The translations under genes were made by a program, and so were the position numbers. The notes beneath the pieces are model-generated. The model saw only the letters and a program-made list of their open reading frames with translations. It did not search any database and was not told the origin of the DNA. From assembly GCA_039798445.1 (NCBI GenBank), contig JBDKFZ010000017.1, positions 4,195 through 68,194 of the forward strand: a stretch of DNA of 64,000 bases, written 5' to 3'. Source of the DNA: Candidatus Parcubacteria bacterium. Its GTDB lineage: Bacteria > Patescibacteriota > Minisyncoccia > Phycocordibacterales > EsbW-18. Below, in pieces: positions 54,773 to 64,000 of the stretch (positions are counted from its first letter, which is position 1; every line of letters starts with the position of its first letter).

Positions 54773-56134
54773 TTATTTCTTGATGATTCTTGGTCCCGAG
54801 GCCGTGTCTTCAACATCAAATCCAAGATCCTGCAATTCTTTTCGAAGTGTGTCAGATGTTGTCCAGTCTTTTGCGAGGCGGGCAGCTTCGCGTTTTTCGG
54901 CGAGTTCTGATACCTCAGTCGGGATCTCAAACGTCACTACTTCATCGAGCTTAAGACCCAATGCGTCATCAAATGAGAGAATCGTGGTCTTTTTGTCTGC
55001 ATCAGAAAGAGAAGTGTCTTTGAGGGCTTCCCACACAATGGCGAGCGCTTGAGGTGTCCCGAGGTCATCATTCAAAGCTTCGTCAAAGCGGTTTTTGTAT
55101 TCTTCATTGATTGCACCGCCGTCGGGCAATTCTGCGAGGCGCGTTTTTAATTTATCGTATGCGACATACGCAGCGTCGAGCGACTCAAATGTGAAGTTAA
55201 GTGGGCTTCGGTAGTGTGATGTGAGGAGAAGATATCGGAATGCAAGCAGATGATAGTAACCTTTATTTTTGAGATCTTGGAGTGTGTAGAAATTTCCAAG
55301 AGACTTTGACATCTTCTTTCCATCAACCAATATCCATCCGTTGTGGAGCCAGTAGCGGACGAATTGATGACCGGTGCATCCTTCTGATTGTGCTATCTCG
55401 TTATCATGGTGGGGGAAGATGTTGTCGATGCCGCCAGTGTGAACGTCAAAGCTTTCGCCGAGGTTTTTCATACTCATTGCAGAGCATTCGATGTGCCAGC
55501 CTGGGCGGCCCTTGCCAAGACGAGTCTCCCAGAACACGTCACCATCGGTCTCATCCCACGCTTTCCAAAGCGCAAAGTCAGAAGGGTTTTCTTTGTCGTA
55601 CTCGTCTTTTTTGATGCGCCCTGCGGCATTCTCTTTGAGGGTTTCTTGGTCGAGACCGACAAGCTGACCGTAGTGTTTGAACTGGTCGATCTTGTAGTAG
55701 ATGCTTCCATCATCACTGCGATATGCGAAGCCTTTCTCAAGGAGCTTTTCGGTGATGTCGACCATCTCGTCGATATATGCAGTTGCGCGAGGGTATTCGT
55801 TTGCAGGGATGATATTGAGCTCCTCAATTTCTTTGAGAAATCCCTCGGTATAGAATTCAGTAAATTCTTGGAGTGTTTTGCCGGCCTTTTGTGAATCCCG
55901 GATAGTCTTGTCGTCGACGTCGGTGATGTTCATGATGTGTGTGACATCAAAACCATTTCGCATGAGTGCTCGTTTGAGCGTGTCAGCGAAAATGTAGGCT
56001 CGGTAGTTGCCTATGTGTGGATAGTTGTAGACCGTGGGACCACAGCTGTAGAAACCAACTTTGCCTGGGATGATAGGGACGAACTCCTCTTTCTTTTTGG
56101 TGAGTGTGTTGTGGAACGAAAGCATTGTGTCCAT
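54773..56134 (-). CDS. cysS: Cysteine--tRNA ligase
   Basis: CGPTVY, HIGN, GRPGWHIECSAM, KMSKS; true start may be 56125. Confidence 0.97.
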   Translation of the reverse strand: MDTMLSFHNTLTKKKEEFVPIIPGKVGFYSCGPTVYNYPHIGNYRAYIFADTLKRALMRNGFDVTHIMNITDVDDKTIRDSQKAGKTLQEFTEFYTEGFLKEIEELNIIPANEYPRATAYIDEMVDITEKLLEKGFAYRSDDGSIYYKIDQFKHYGQLVGLDQETLKENAAGRIKKDEYDKENPSDFALWKAWDETDGDVFWETRLGKGRPGWHIECSAMSMKNLGESFDVHTGGIDNIFPHHDNEIAQSEGCTGHQFVRYWLHNGWILVDGKKMSKSLGNFYTLQDLKNKGYYHLLAFRYLLLTSHYRSPLNFTFESLDAAYVAYDKLKTRLAELPDGGAINEEYKNRFDEALNDDLGTPQALAIVWEALKDTSLSDADKKTTILSFDDALGLKLDEVVTFEIPTEVSELAEKREAARLAKDWTTSDTLRKELQDLGFDVEDTASGPRIIKK

Positions 56135-56162
56135 ATTCTACTTCATGCGATACTGGGACGCC

Positions 56163-57353
56163 ATGAAGCCACGTATCATCATTGGTTCACTCGTTCTCCT
56201 CGGTCTCGGCTTCTTTGTGGGCCGTCAATCGGTCTTGCCAAGCCAGCTTGTGAGTGGTGTTTATAACACCGAGAATGCTAGCACCACTGAGAACGTCGAC
56301 TTCCAGCCTTTTTGGGATGCGTGGAATACCATCAATGAGCGATATGAGGGGACAGACCCTGTTGATGCTCAAACCAAGGTGTGGGGGGCTATCCAAGGCC
56401 TTGCAGATTCGTTGGGAGACCCGTACACGGTCTTTCTTCCTCCAGAAGACAACGAAGCCTTCGGTGAATTAATCGGTGGCAGCTTTGGTGGGGTAGGAAT
56501 GGAGATAGGGAAGGAGGACGACGTCTTGGTTGTCATGGCTCCCCTCAAGGGAACTCCGGCCGAACGAGCCGGTGTTCGTGCGGGAGACATGATTGTTGAG
56601 ATTGGTACGACGACCACCAATGGATTGAGTGTTGATGAAGCGGTGGATTTGATTCGTGGTGAACCGGGGACATCCATCAGTATTACTTTTTTCCGAGAAG
56701 GGGAGACCGAACCGCGCGAACTGACCATTGTTCGCGAAAAGATCATCGTTCCAACGCTTGATACCGAACTCCGTGCTGACGGTATCTTTGTCATTTCTCT
56801 CTACAACTTTGATGCACATGCGACTGCCGATTTTAGAAAAGCAATCAAAGAATTCTCTGAGACGAGGAGCGACAAGCTCATCATCGATGTTCGCGGCAAT
56901 CCAGGAGGATATCTTGATGCCGCCGTCTCGATTGCGAGCTACTTCCTTCCTGAAGGAGAGGTGATTGTGCGAGAGTCGGTCGATGGTGCTGAGGAAACTG
57001 TGTACCGAAGCAAGGGATATGCGCGCGCTAGCAAGCCACTCAAGATGGTTGTGCTCGTTGATGGGGGTTCAGCGTCAGCGTCGGAGATTCTTGCCGGCGC
57101 TCTCCAAGAGAACAACATTGCCAAGCTTGTTGGTTCCCAAACATTCGGCAAGGGATCGGTACAAGAGCTCATCCCAATCACCGGCGACACGTCACTCAAG
57201 CTCACTATTGCTCAATGGCTTACTCCTGGAGGCACATCAATTTCAAAAGAAGGCCTAACTCCCGATATTGTTGTCGAACGCACTGCCGAAGATTTTGAGG
57301 CAGATAAGGACCCCCAGCTTGATGCCGCGGTGGCAGATATCCTCGCTCGTTAG
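56163..57353 (+). CDS. ctpA: S41 family carboxyl-terminal protease
   Basis: GDPYT, PDZ GVGMEI, DVRGNPGG, SASASEI, FGKGSVQ. Confidence 0.93.
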   Translation: MKPRIIIGSLVLLGLGFFVGRQSVLPSQLVSGVYNTENASTTENVDFQPFWDAWNTINERYEGTDPVDAQTKVWGAIQGLADSLGDPYTVFLPPEDNEAFGELIGGSFGGVGMEIGKEDDVLVVMAPLKGTPAERAGVRAGDMIVEIGTTTTNGLSVDEAVDLIRGEPGTSISITFFREGETEPRELTIVREKIIVPTLDTELRADGIFVISLYNFDAHATADFRKAIKEFSETRSDKLIIDVRGNPGGYLDAAVSIASYFLPEGEVIVRESVDGAEETVYRSKGYARASKPLKMVVLVDGGSASASEILAGALQENNIAKLVGSQTFGKGSVQELIPITGDTSLKLTIAQWLTPGGTSISKEGLTPDIVVERTAEDFEADKDPQLDAAVADILAR

Positions 57354-57394
57354 ACCGATTGTCTTTATAACCCCACCATAGTATTCTTTCGCCC

Positions 57395-57838
57395 ATGGAA
57401 GTAATCCTTTTGAAAGACGTCCCGAAGGTCGGTCAGCGCTACGAAGCCGTCACTGTTTCTGAGGGCTATGCCGTCAACTTTCTCATTCCTCGAGGATTGG
57501 CTAAGGCTGCGACTGCAAATGCAAAGAAAGAGCTCGAGATGAAGAAGGCGAAGTTGGAGCATGGTATGAAAGCCGAAGAATCCAAGATTGTTGAGGGCAT
57601 CGTTGCTGCCAATGGCAAGACTGTCACAATTCGGCGCAAGGCAAGTGACGAGGGCAATCTTTTCGCAGGCATTCATGCTGATGCAATCACTGCAGCAGTC
57701 TACGATCAGCTCGGCGTCTCTCTTCCCGAAGAGCTCTTCAATATTGATCACATCAAAGCTCTTGGCACGTATGAAATGAACCTCGAGTGCAAAGGCAAAA
57801 AGGGGAAGGTTACGCTTCTTGTTGAACGCGAAGACTAA
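57395..57838 (+). CDS. rplI: 50S ribosomal protein L9
   Basis: MEVILLKDV, GYAVNFLIPRGLA, GNLFAGI. Confidence 0.95.
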   Translation: MEVILLKDVPKVGQRYEAVTVSEGYAVNFLIPRGLAKAATANAKKELEMKKAKLEHGMKAEESKIVEGIVAANGKTVTIRRKASDEGNLFAGIHADAITAAVYDQLGVSLPEELFNIDHIKALGTYEMNLECKGKKGKVTLLVERED

Positions 57839-57871
57839 GGAAGCAATTTGCAATAAGCAATTAAAAAAACG

Positions 57872-57901
57872 AAAAACCTCCGATTTTTGTCGGAGGTTTT
57901 T
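57872..57901. terminator. Bidirectional terminator between convergent rplI and rpmA
   Basis: AAAAACCTCCGA/TCGGAGGTTTTT. Confidence 0.8.
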
Positions 57902-57922
57902 CTAATTGCCAATTGCTCGTTG

Positions 57923-58195
57923 CTATTTTACGTGGACGATCTTTCGAGTGACCTTTGCACCGTCGTAACGGATTTTTCGCTTGTTGCCGAATGATACGGT
58001 TCCAGGAACGAGAGCGAAGAGGGTGTGGTCCTTACCCATACCAACGTTGGTACCTGGGATGACTTCTGTTCCGCGCTGGCGGACGATGATTGCGCCTGCC
58101 TTTGCTGTTTGACCATCAGAAAGCTTCACACCGAGGAATTTCGGGTTTGAGTCTCTAAGGTTTCGGGCTGTACCACCCGCTTTTCTATGTGCCAT
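57923..58195 (-). CDS. rpmA: 50S ribosomal protein L27
   Basis: [27 protein letters not shown]. Confidence 0.96.
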   Translation of the reverse strand: MAHRKAGGTARNLRDSNPKFLGVKLSDGQTAKAGAIIVRQRGTEVIPGTNVGMGKDHTLFALVPGTVSFGNKRKIRYDGAKVTRKIVHVK

Positions 58196-58238
58196 AAAAT
58201 TTTATCTTGTATTGAGACCTCGCCTTTATCCTTGGGGG

Positions 58239-58724
58239 ATGTTGGCTCGAATCGCTGGTTACGTGGGCTCTAGAATAGCACGAACCCTTAAACAGGGCAA
58301 GATGGCCTGCCTCAGTCTTACGCTATGGGGTAAGGCTCATATTGGGGATGAGGATCTCAAACGGCAGGCTCTTGGAGCTTTGATGGTCCTTGGGCTTGCT
58401 GTGGGCTCCTGGTGCCTCGGAAGGCTCTCTATGAGCCCCACATGGAGCTCGGCGGCCGTATCTGCGGTAGAGATTAAAGATGTGTTTAAAGATGCTCAGG
58501 ATAGATTCGCCTGCCGTTCTCAAAATGATGCCCAAGGCAGGGAAGAGGGGATAGAGAGCCCCAGTCGACTCGAAGGCTCAGTTGTCGGGTCAAAGAATGG
58601 ATCCAAGTATCACCTTCCCCGGTGCTCCGGAGCGAACTCCATCAAAGAAGAGAATAAGATATGGTTCGCATCTGAGTCAGCCGCACAGGCGGCAGGATAT
58701 ACGAGAGCGGGGAATTGCAAATAG
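58239..58724 (+). CDS. Membrane protein with Ada-like metal-binding C-terminal domain
   Basis: TM then VGSKNGSKYHLPRC..IKEENKIWF..A..AGY...NC; start uncertain. Confidence 0.7.
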   Translation: MLARIAGYVGSRIARTLKQGKMACLSLTLWGKAHIGDEDLKRQALGALMVLGLAVGSWCLGRLSMSPTWSSAAVSAVEIKDVFKDAQDRFACRSQNDAQGREEGIESPSRLEGSVVGSKNGSKYHLPRCSGANSIKEENKIWFASESAAQAAGYTRAGNCK

Positions 58725-58767
58725 CCAATTCTGTGGTGTTGGGGTATAGGGGTCTAGAAAGATATAC

Positions 58768-58795
58768 CTGTCGCACAATATATCTTTTACGACAC
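58768..58795. other. Candidate dif-like tyrosine-recombinase site
   Basis: CTGTCGCACAA-TATATC-TTTTACGACAC: 11-6-11 layout with imperfect inverted arms, where gene orientation converges. Confidence 0.55.
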
Positions 58796-58912
58796 GTTAT
58801 CCGTGGATAAGCCGTGCTTTGCCTGCAGGGCTTTATTCGTCCACGCTCTTCCGTGTCGTAAAAGATCCCCAAGATTGTGCAACAGTGAGTACACCATCGC
58901 ACAATCTTGGGT
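58768..58912. repeat. Nested inverted repeats
   Basis: 15-bp perfect IR (58782-58796 / 58852-58866) and 13-bp IR CCCAAGATTGTGC/GCACAATCTTGGG. Confidence 0.85.
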
Positions 58913-59104
58913 CCACCCCTTTCTTTGTCGTAGGCTTCTTTAAGGCCTGATAAGAGATTCTTTGCACCACCCTCTCCCCCGCAAAAATCAAAAAATACGG
59001 GGGAGTCGGAGTTCTTAAAATCTGATACCTACTTCTCTGTTCTAAAAACAAAAACCCCAATAGGGGCTCTTGTTATAAAAATTTGATTCAAACTACCTAC
59101 TTGC

Positions 59105-59395
59105 CTACTGCATCATCGCCTCTACTGGGGATCCATTCTTCATTCCTGCAAGTCCGTTGAGTATGAGCTCCCAGAGGAACTTGATGATGTTTTCGAAGAC
59201 CCAATGTGCAGGAGCTGCGAGCCAGGTGCTCCAGATGTGCTTCGCCATCTCCCATGCGTATGCGAGGTTTTCTTTGACCACCGGTGAGGCCAAGATGTCT
59301 TTGATATTCAAACCGAAGTATCCAAGGATGATCAAACCGATGACGATAAGAATGATCAGCTTGATGAATCCCCTTGTGCCGTTTTTCTTTTCCAT
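59105..59395 (-). CDS. Small membrane hypothetical protein
   Basis: RGFIKLIILIVIGLIILGYFG; downstream terminator at about 59044-59074. Confidence 0.75.
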   Translation of the reverse strand: MEKKNGTRGFIKLIILIVIGLIILGYFGLNIKDILASPVVKENLAYAWEMAKHIWSTWLAAPAHWVFENIIKFLWELILNGLAGMKNGSPVEAMMQ

Positions 59396-59425
59396 GAAAA
59401 AGTTGAGCGTCGTTACTACTAAGAT

Positions 59426-60730
59426 CTACTCTGGTAGATATGATAGCGGATTCAAATACGCTTCATAGGGGGCGTATGGGACTTTGGCGTTCTTACATCC
59501 GTTGCTCCATGAGAACGGCGAAACTTTGACGGCTTCTCGGTCGAAGGCCGAAAAGTGAAGATGCGGTCCGGTTGCGTAGCCGCTTTGACCCGAATAGCCA
59601 ATAATCTGACCCGTAGTTACCGAATCCCCTGCACTCACATTGAAAACCGAAAGGTGCGCGTAGAGCGTCGACAAGCCGTTGTCGTGGTCTATGAGAATCC
59701 ATTTGCCGTAAGAATAACAACCCGGAGTTTTGTCCATGTCAACAGCATCACGAACGGTCCCTGAAGCGGCTGCAAGAAGCGGTGTTCCTACTGATGCCTT
59801 AAAGTCGATGCCGCGGTGGGGGTTTGGATTGCCTTGTGCGTCGTATCCGTAGGAACCACTTGCAGCAAAACTTGTGATGCCGTATCCCTGAGTGAGTATT
59901 GGGTTCGCAATAGGCCAGGCAAGCCCGCCGCTCCCCTCTTGTGGTAAGCGCGAAGGGTCAAGGATGTAGGTGAGCTTCGATTCGTATTCTTGCATCGCGG
60001 TTTCGATTTGTGTACGTGCAGCTTGTTTCTCTGCGAGGAGTGCCTGATACTCAGCTTCTTTATTTTTTGTCACTGCGAGAAGATCACTTTTGTTTTTTGC
60101 GTTCTCATCAATGACGCGCTGTTGTCCTGCGAGGTTGTCTTTGAACGCCGTGAGGTTCTCACGTTCGGAGCGCTGCTTTGTATGCTGACCTTCAAGATCG
60201 GCTTTGACAGCGCGAAGGTCAGCGAGCTGTGCATAGATGGTGTTTTGCAACTGCTCCATTTGATCGAGCTCAACCCAGAGGTCGGAGATTGATTCGTTGG
60301 CGAGGATTGTCTCGATGAGTGATTCTCCGTCGGCAACATGAATGTCGCGGAGTGCGCTTGCGAGGATGCGATCGTTACGCTCGATCTTGCTCTCACTGTC
60401 ATCGATGTCTATCTCGATCTCACGGATGGTGTATGTCGCCTGCTCAATCTTCTTTTGTGTGAGTGAGATGTCGGTGAGAAGCTTTTTGCGCGTGAGGTTG
60501 AGTTCGTTGATGGCCGCTTGGAGAGTCGACTTTTCGGCACCGACCATTTGAAGTTGTCGTTCGAATTCGGCGATTTCTTTGTTGATTTGTTCGACTTGGT
60601 CTTGGGTCTCGGCGATCTTTTCACGCAAATCATCAGCCTCGTCGGCACGGGTCAAAACCGGCACAAAAATTACCCCTAAAATCGCTATAAAGATGAGATG
60701 TGCGGCAAATGTCGAAAGGCGTTTGAACAT
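59426..60730 (-). CDS. Coiled-coil M23 peptidase (EnvC/CwlO-like architecture)
   Basis: Signal peptide, long coiled coil, HRGIDF, YAHLS, TGPHLHF. Confidence 0.9.
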   Translation of the reverse strand: MFKRLSTFAAHLIFIAILGVIFVPVLTRADEADDLREKIAETQDQVEQINKEIAEFERQLQMVGAEKSTLQAAINELNLTRKKLLTDISLTQKKIEQATYTIREIEIDIDDSESKIERNDRILASALRDIHVADGESLIETILANESISDLWVELDQMEQLQNTIYAQLADLRAVKADLEGQHTKQRSERENLTAFKDNLAGQQRVIDENAKNKSDLLAVTKNKEAEYQALLAEKQAARTQIETAMQEYESKLTYILDPSRLPQEGSGGLAWPIANPILTQGYGITSFAASGSYGYDAQGNPNPHRGIDFKASVGTPLLAAASGTVRDAVDMDKTPGCYSYGKWILIDHDNGLSTLYAHLSVFNVSAGDSVTTGQIIGYSGQSGYATGPHLHFSAFDREAVKVSPFSWSNGCKNAKVPYAPYEAYLNPLSYLPE

Positions 60731-60733
60731 GGC

Positions 60734-62068
60734 TTATAGGGCATTCTGGAGGCTTTGGAGGCCTGTTTCGAGGCGTTTGAGGGTCACAGCCTTGCCCAGG
60801 ATGCCTGCGCAGACAAAGGGGTCAGGGGATTTGTCCTTCCCCGACAGGGCATAGCGGATAGGCCAGAGAACGTTCCCTCTCCCCTTCTCTTCGGCGTACG
60901 GCCACAGAAGCTCCTTAGCTTCGTTAGCTTCAATAGCTTCGTTAGGAAGACTGTTTAGAAGTTCAATGGCTTTTTTCAGATGTTCGATGGTTTCTTCTTT
61001 TGATGCAGCTTTCCAGACGAGCTTTTCGGCTTCGTACACCGGTTCGCTCAAAACGTAGTCGAACTCCCCTGCTGTAAAAAGGTCTTTGATCTCGCCGAAT
61101 GCGCTGATACGGTCAATGATGACGGATTCGAGTTTGAGAAGAACGTCGTCAGAGACTTCTGCCGGTGCGAATTCTCGCACGAGTTTTGTGCGTTCTTCGG
61201 GAGAAAGCAATTTGATGTATTCACGATTGATCCAATCGAGTTTCTCGACATTGAACACCGCACCGCCTTTTTGCACGTTCTCGAGTTTGAACTGTGCAAT
61301 TAATTCATCAAGCGAAAGGATCTCTTGTTCTGTCCCGGGGTTCCATCCAAGCAATGCAACAAAGTTGATGATTGCGGCAGAAAGATATCCACGTGAACGA
61401 TAGTATGTGAGCCAAACCGTTTCGCCGTGTTTGCGCTTGGAGAGCTTTGATTTGTCGGCTGCGAGCACAAGCGGAAGGTGTGCGTAGACGGGGCGAGGCG
61501 CGCCGATTGCTTCCTGAATCAGAATCTGGCGAGGAGTATTTGAAAGATGTTCTTCGGCACGGATCACGTGCGTGATACCCATGTCGAAATCGTCTGCGAC
61601 GACCGCGAAGTGATAGAGCGGTTCGTCGATTGAGCGTGCGATGATGAAATCACCGAGGTCTGTCGTGTCGATTGATACCTCACCACGAATGAGATCGTTG
61701 ATGACAACGACTTTGTTCGGATTCTTAAAACGAATCACCTCATCTCGCTGACCCTCTTCTTTGGGTGTCTCTTTTGAGATGTATGCCTTTCCTTCGTCGA
61801 TGATCTTTTGGAGATACTCTTTGTGTTTTGGTGCTCGTTCTGACTGGATGACAAAGACGTCGTGTTCCAATCCAAGCCATTTGAGATCTTCGACGAGGCC
61901 GGTCGTCCATTCGGGCTTATTTCGTGCTGCGTCGGTATCTTCGATACGCAAAGCAAAGGTGCCCTTGTTTTGTCGGGCGTAGAGGAATGAAAAAAGCGCG
62001 GTACGAACTCCTCCCATGTGGAGAAATCCTGTCGGTGAAGGCGCGAAGCGGGTTACAACGGAAGTCAT
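60734..62068 (-). CDS. gltX: Glutamate--tRNA ligase
   Basis: RFAPSPTGFLHMGG, LRIEDTD, THVIRAEEH, KLSKR. Confidence 0.96.
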   Translation of the reverse strand: MTSVVTRFAPSPTGFLHMGGVRTALFSFLYARQNKGTFALRIEDTDAARNKPEWTTGLVEDLKWLGLEHDVFVIQSERAPKHKEYLQKIIDEGKAYISKETPKEEGQRDEVIRFKNPNKVVVINDLIRGEVSIDTTDLGDFIIARSIDEPLYHFAVVADDFDMGITHVIRAEEHLSNTPRQILIQEAIGAPRPVYAHLPLVLAADKSKLSKRKHGETVWLTYYRSRGYLSAAIINFVALLGWNPGTEQEILSLDELIAQFKLENVQKGGAVFNVEKLDWINREYIKLLSPEERTKLVREFAPAEVSDDVLLKLESVIIDRISAFGEIKDLFTAGEFDYVLSEPVYEAEKLVWKAASKEETIEHLKKAIELLNSLPNEAIEANEAKELLWPYAEEKGRGNVLWPIRYALSGKDKSPDPFVCAGILGKAVTLKRLETGLQSLQNAL

Positions 62069-62117
62069 GCGCTTATTTTAGCATAAAACGAAAAGGGCCT
62101 CTCGTATCTAAGAATGT

Positions 62118-62486
62118 TCAGATCTTTTCTTTTATTGCCTCGAATTCAAAGTTGTATGTGTTGGCATCCGCTTTAGTGACCCATGCAAATTCGGAGTGTT
62201 CAGAACTCAATTGAATATTTGATGATTCCTTGCTCTCGCATTCGAATATAACAAGGAGTGTTTCTTTGCTATCACTTAGACCAACATCTAAAACATTCTT
62301 TACCACGATATCTTCGAGACCCGTTTCTTCTCGGAGTTCTCTTCTTAGTCCAGCTTCGGGCGATTGGTCATCTTCGAGTCTTCCTCCAGGTAAAACCCAA
62401 TAATCTCCTCTTTTTAAGATGAGAGTCTGTCCAAGATTATTTCTAATGAGTGCGTGAAGATTAACTTTGAATGTCTTATGTTGCAC
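62118..62486 (-). CDS. NUDIX hydrolase
   Basis: PGGRLEDDQSPEAGLRRELREETG, EHSEFAWV. Confidence 0.9.
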   Translation of the reverse strand: MQHKTFKVNLHALIRNNLGQTLILKRGDYWVLPGGRLEDDQSPEAGLRRELREETGLEDIVVKNVLDVGLSDSKETLLVIFECESKESSNIQLSSEHSEFAWVTKADANTYNFEFEAIKEKI

Positions 62487-62509
62487 AAAAGTATTTTTTG
62501 TAAGTAATA

Positions 62510-63658
62510 CTAGTTCTCGTGCTCGAGGGCCAATTCAATCACTTCACGGGCGATTTTGTCGGCTGCGTCAGGACGTGCAAATGCTTTGGCGGCAACGGAC
62601 ATCTTTTCACGCTCTGCAGGGTTTTCCATGAGACGGTCGATTTCGGAAACAATGAGGTGCGGGGTGAGGTTTGCTTGTTCGATGACGAGTGCGGCGCCGG
62701 TGCGGGCATAGGCAAAAGCGTTGCTACGCTGATCACGGCTCACATCCTCAGGAATTGGAATGATGAACGATGGCTTGCCCCATGCAGCGATTTCGAAGAT
62801 GGCATTTGAGCCTGCGCGTGAGATAACGAGCGACGCAGCGCCGGCGGCCATGCGCATTGCAAGAAGATCGAGGTATGCAAAAGGCTTGTAACGGTTGGTG
62901 TGTTGGTTACCACTAAGGATGATGTCCGCAGTACCCTTGGTGATTTCGTACAACGCCTTCCCTGTTTGGTGGATGACGTAATATTTTTCGAGAAGTTCAG
63001 GCAATGCCTCAATGAGGGTTTCATTGATGCGCTGAGCACCCTGTGATCCTCCCAATACCAAGATGACCGGGAGATCTTCTTTGAGGTCAAGGAATTCTTT
63101 TGCTCCTTCAGATGCCGGCGTAAGGAGATCTTTGCGGACAGGATTACCAGTAAGCGCGATTTTACCTCCCGCTTTTGCTGCGAGTTTGCCGAATGCATCG
63201 GCTGCTTCTGGATATGAGATAGCGATACGCTTTGCGAACTTGGAAGCCCACGCGCCACCTTTGCTTGGAACGCTGTCTGATTCGTGGATGATGACGGGAA
63301 TGCCGAGGATGCGCGCCGCAAAAAGCACCGGACCGCTCGCATAGCCACCTTTGCTGAAGACGACATCAGGAAAGATGAAGAAGAGCTTCACGAGTGCCTT
63401 CATGATGCCGATCGCGGTTTTGAAGAAATCAAAAAAGTTCTTGATCGAACGATACTCACGCATCTTGCCCGCGTTCACATGCTGGTATGTGATGTTCTGC
63501 TCGAAGAGCATATCTTTGTCGTATTCCTCCGGAGCGAGGTAATACAAATCTGGTTCGAGGAGATGTTCCTCACGAGCAATAGCGCGAAGACGCTCGGCGA
63601 CCGCCATAAGCGGATAAAAGTGTCCCCCGCTTCCTCCTCCTGTCAGTACGATTTTCAT
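62510..63658 (-). CDS. murG: Lipid II GlcNAc transferase MurG
   Basis: TGGGSGGHFYP, KGGY, HESD, TGNPVR, GGSQGA, SRAG, DQRSNA. Confidence 0.96.
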   Translation of the reverse strand: MKIVLTGGGSGGHFYPLMAVAERLRAIAREEHLLEPDLYYLAPEEYDKDMLFEQNITYQHVNAGKMREYRSIKNFFDFFKTAIGIMKALVKLFFIFPDVVFSKGGYASGPVLFAARILGIPVIIHESDSVPSKGGAWASKFAKRIAISYPEAADAFGKLAAKAGGKIALTGNPVRKDLLTPASEGAKEFLDLKEDLPVILVLGGSQGAQRINETLIEALPELLEKYYVIHQTGKALYEITKGTADIILSGNQHTNRYKPFAYLDLLAMRMAAGAASLVISRAGSNAIFEIAAWGKPSFIIPIPEDVSRDQRSNAFAYARTGAALVIEQANLTPHLIVSEIDRLMENPAEREKMSVAAKAFARPDAADKIAREVIELALEHEN

Positions 63659-64000
63659 GCTTGTTTGGCTCCTAGTGTATCAGATTTGGAGTATCTGGAG
63701 ATATTAAGAATGATGCCCGAGGCAACCAAAACCATAACCAGTGAGGTGCCGCCTTGGCTCACAAAGACCAATGGATCGCCGGTCAGTGGGAATACGCCCA
63801 ACATCGAGCCGATGTTCATGAAGGATTGGGCGGTAATCATTGTGACGAATCCTATGACCGTAAGCCGGGCAAATGTGGTGGGCGCTTGTTTGGCGATACG
63901 GAATCCTCTCAGGAAGAACGAGCTGAAAAGCAAAATCAACAGCACGCTCCCAACGAAACCCCACTCTTCAGCAAATACGGCGAAGATCGAGTCTCCCACC
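63655..64000 (-). CDS. ftsW: SEDS family peptidoglycan polymerase FtsW, C-terminal part
   Basis: DSIFAVFAEEWGF, PLTGDPLVFVSQGGTSL; directly upstream of murG. Confidence 0.9.
   Translation of the reverse strand, partial: VGDSIFAVFAEEWGFVGSVLLILLFSSFFLRGFRIAKQAPTTFARLTVIGFVTMITAQSFMNIGSMLGVFPLTGDPLVFVSQGGTSLVMVLVASGIILNISRYSKSDTLGAKQA

Noticed and set aside
58725-59100. oriC candidate (one near-DnaA box, CGTGGATAA)
   Set aside because: Only one imperfect box, no dnaA nearby, and genes converge rather than diverge.
1-64000. Alternative genetic code 25 (UGA = Gly), CRISPR arrays, rRNA, IS elements
   Set aside because: Conserved genes are full length under code 11 and TGA is used as a stop. No spaced repeats, rRNA motifs or transposase ORFs were seen.

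Overview
Chromosomal segment of a small-genome bacterium that looks like Patescibacteria/CPR, probably Parcubacteria. This is an inference from compact housekeeping genes, no biosynthetic pathways, NATST-type surface proteins, L9 present and standard code 11. Core genes: partial relA/spoT, topA, dprA, serS, ftsQ-like, dus, dnaX, pepF-like, typA, rarA, msrA, a MacAB-like ABC system, ndh, uvrB/A/C, ddl, rplU, recR, dnaB, cysS, ctpA, rplI, rpmA, an M23 peptidase, gltX, murG and partial ftsW, plus five tRNAs (Gln, Ala, Val, Pro, Arg). Main points of interest: (1) a four-gene surface operon with the logic of a donor-strand pilus lacking an usher (major subunit, membrane-anchored chaperone-like protein, tip paralogue, membrane anchor), followed by a 1808-aa fibre-like protein. 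(2) Most core genes look leaderless, while about nine interspersed orphan cassettes carry Shine-Dalgarno sites, usually with their own sigma70 promoter and terminator; one is an operon of three tiny Arg-rich proteins. (3) A candidate ~190-nt structured ncRNA between uvrC and ddl. (4) A dif-like recombination site inside nested inverted repeats where gene orientation converges. (5) A small structured element that duplicates the tRNA-Arg 3' end. No CRISPR array, rRNA, integrase or transposase was seen. All calls come from reading motifs by eye; no searches were run.
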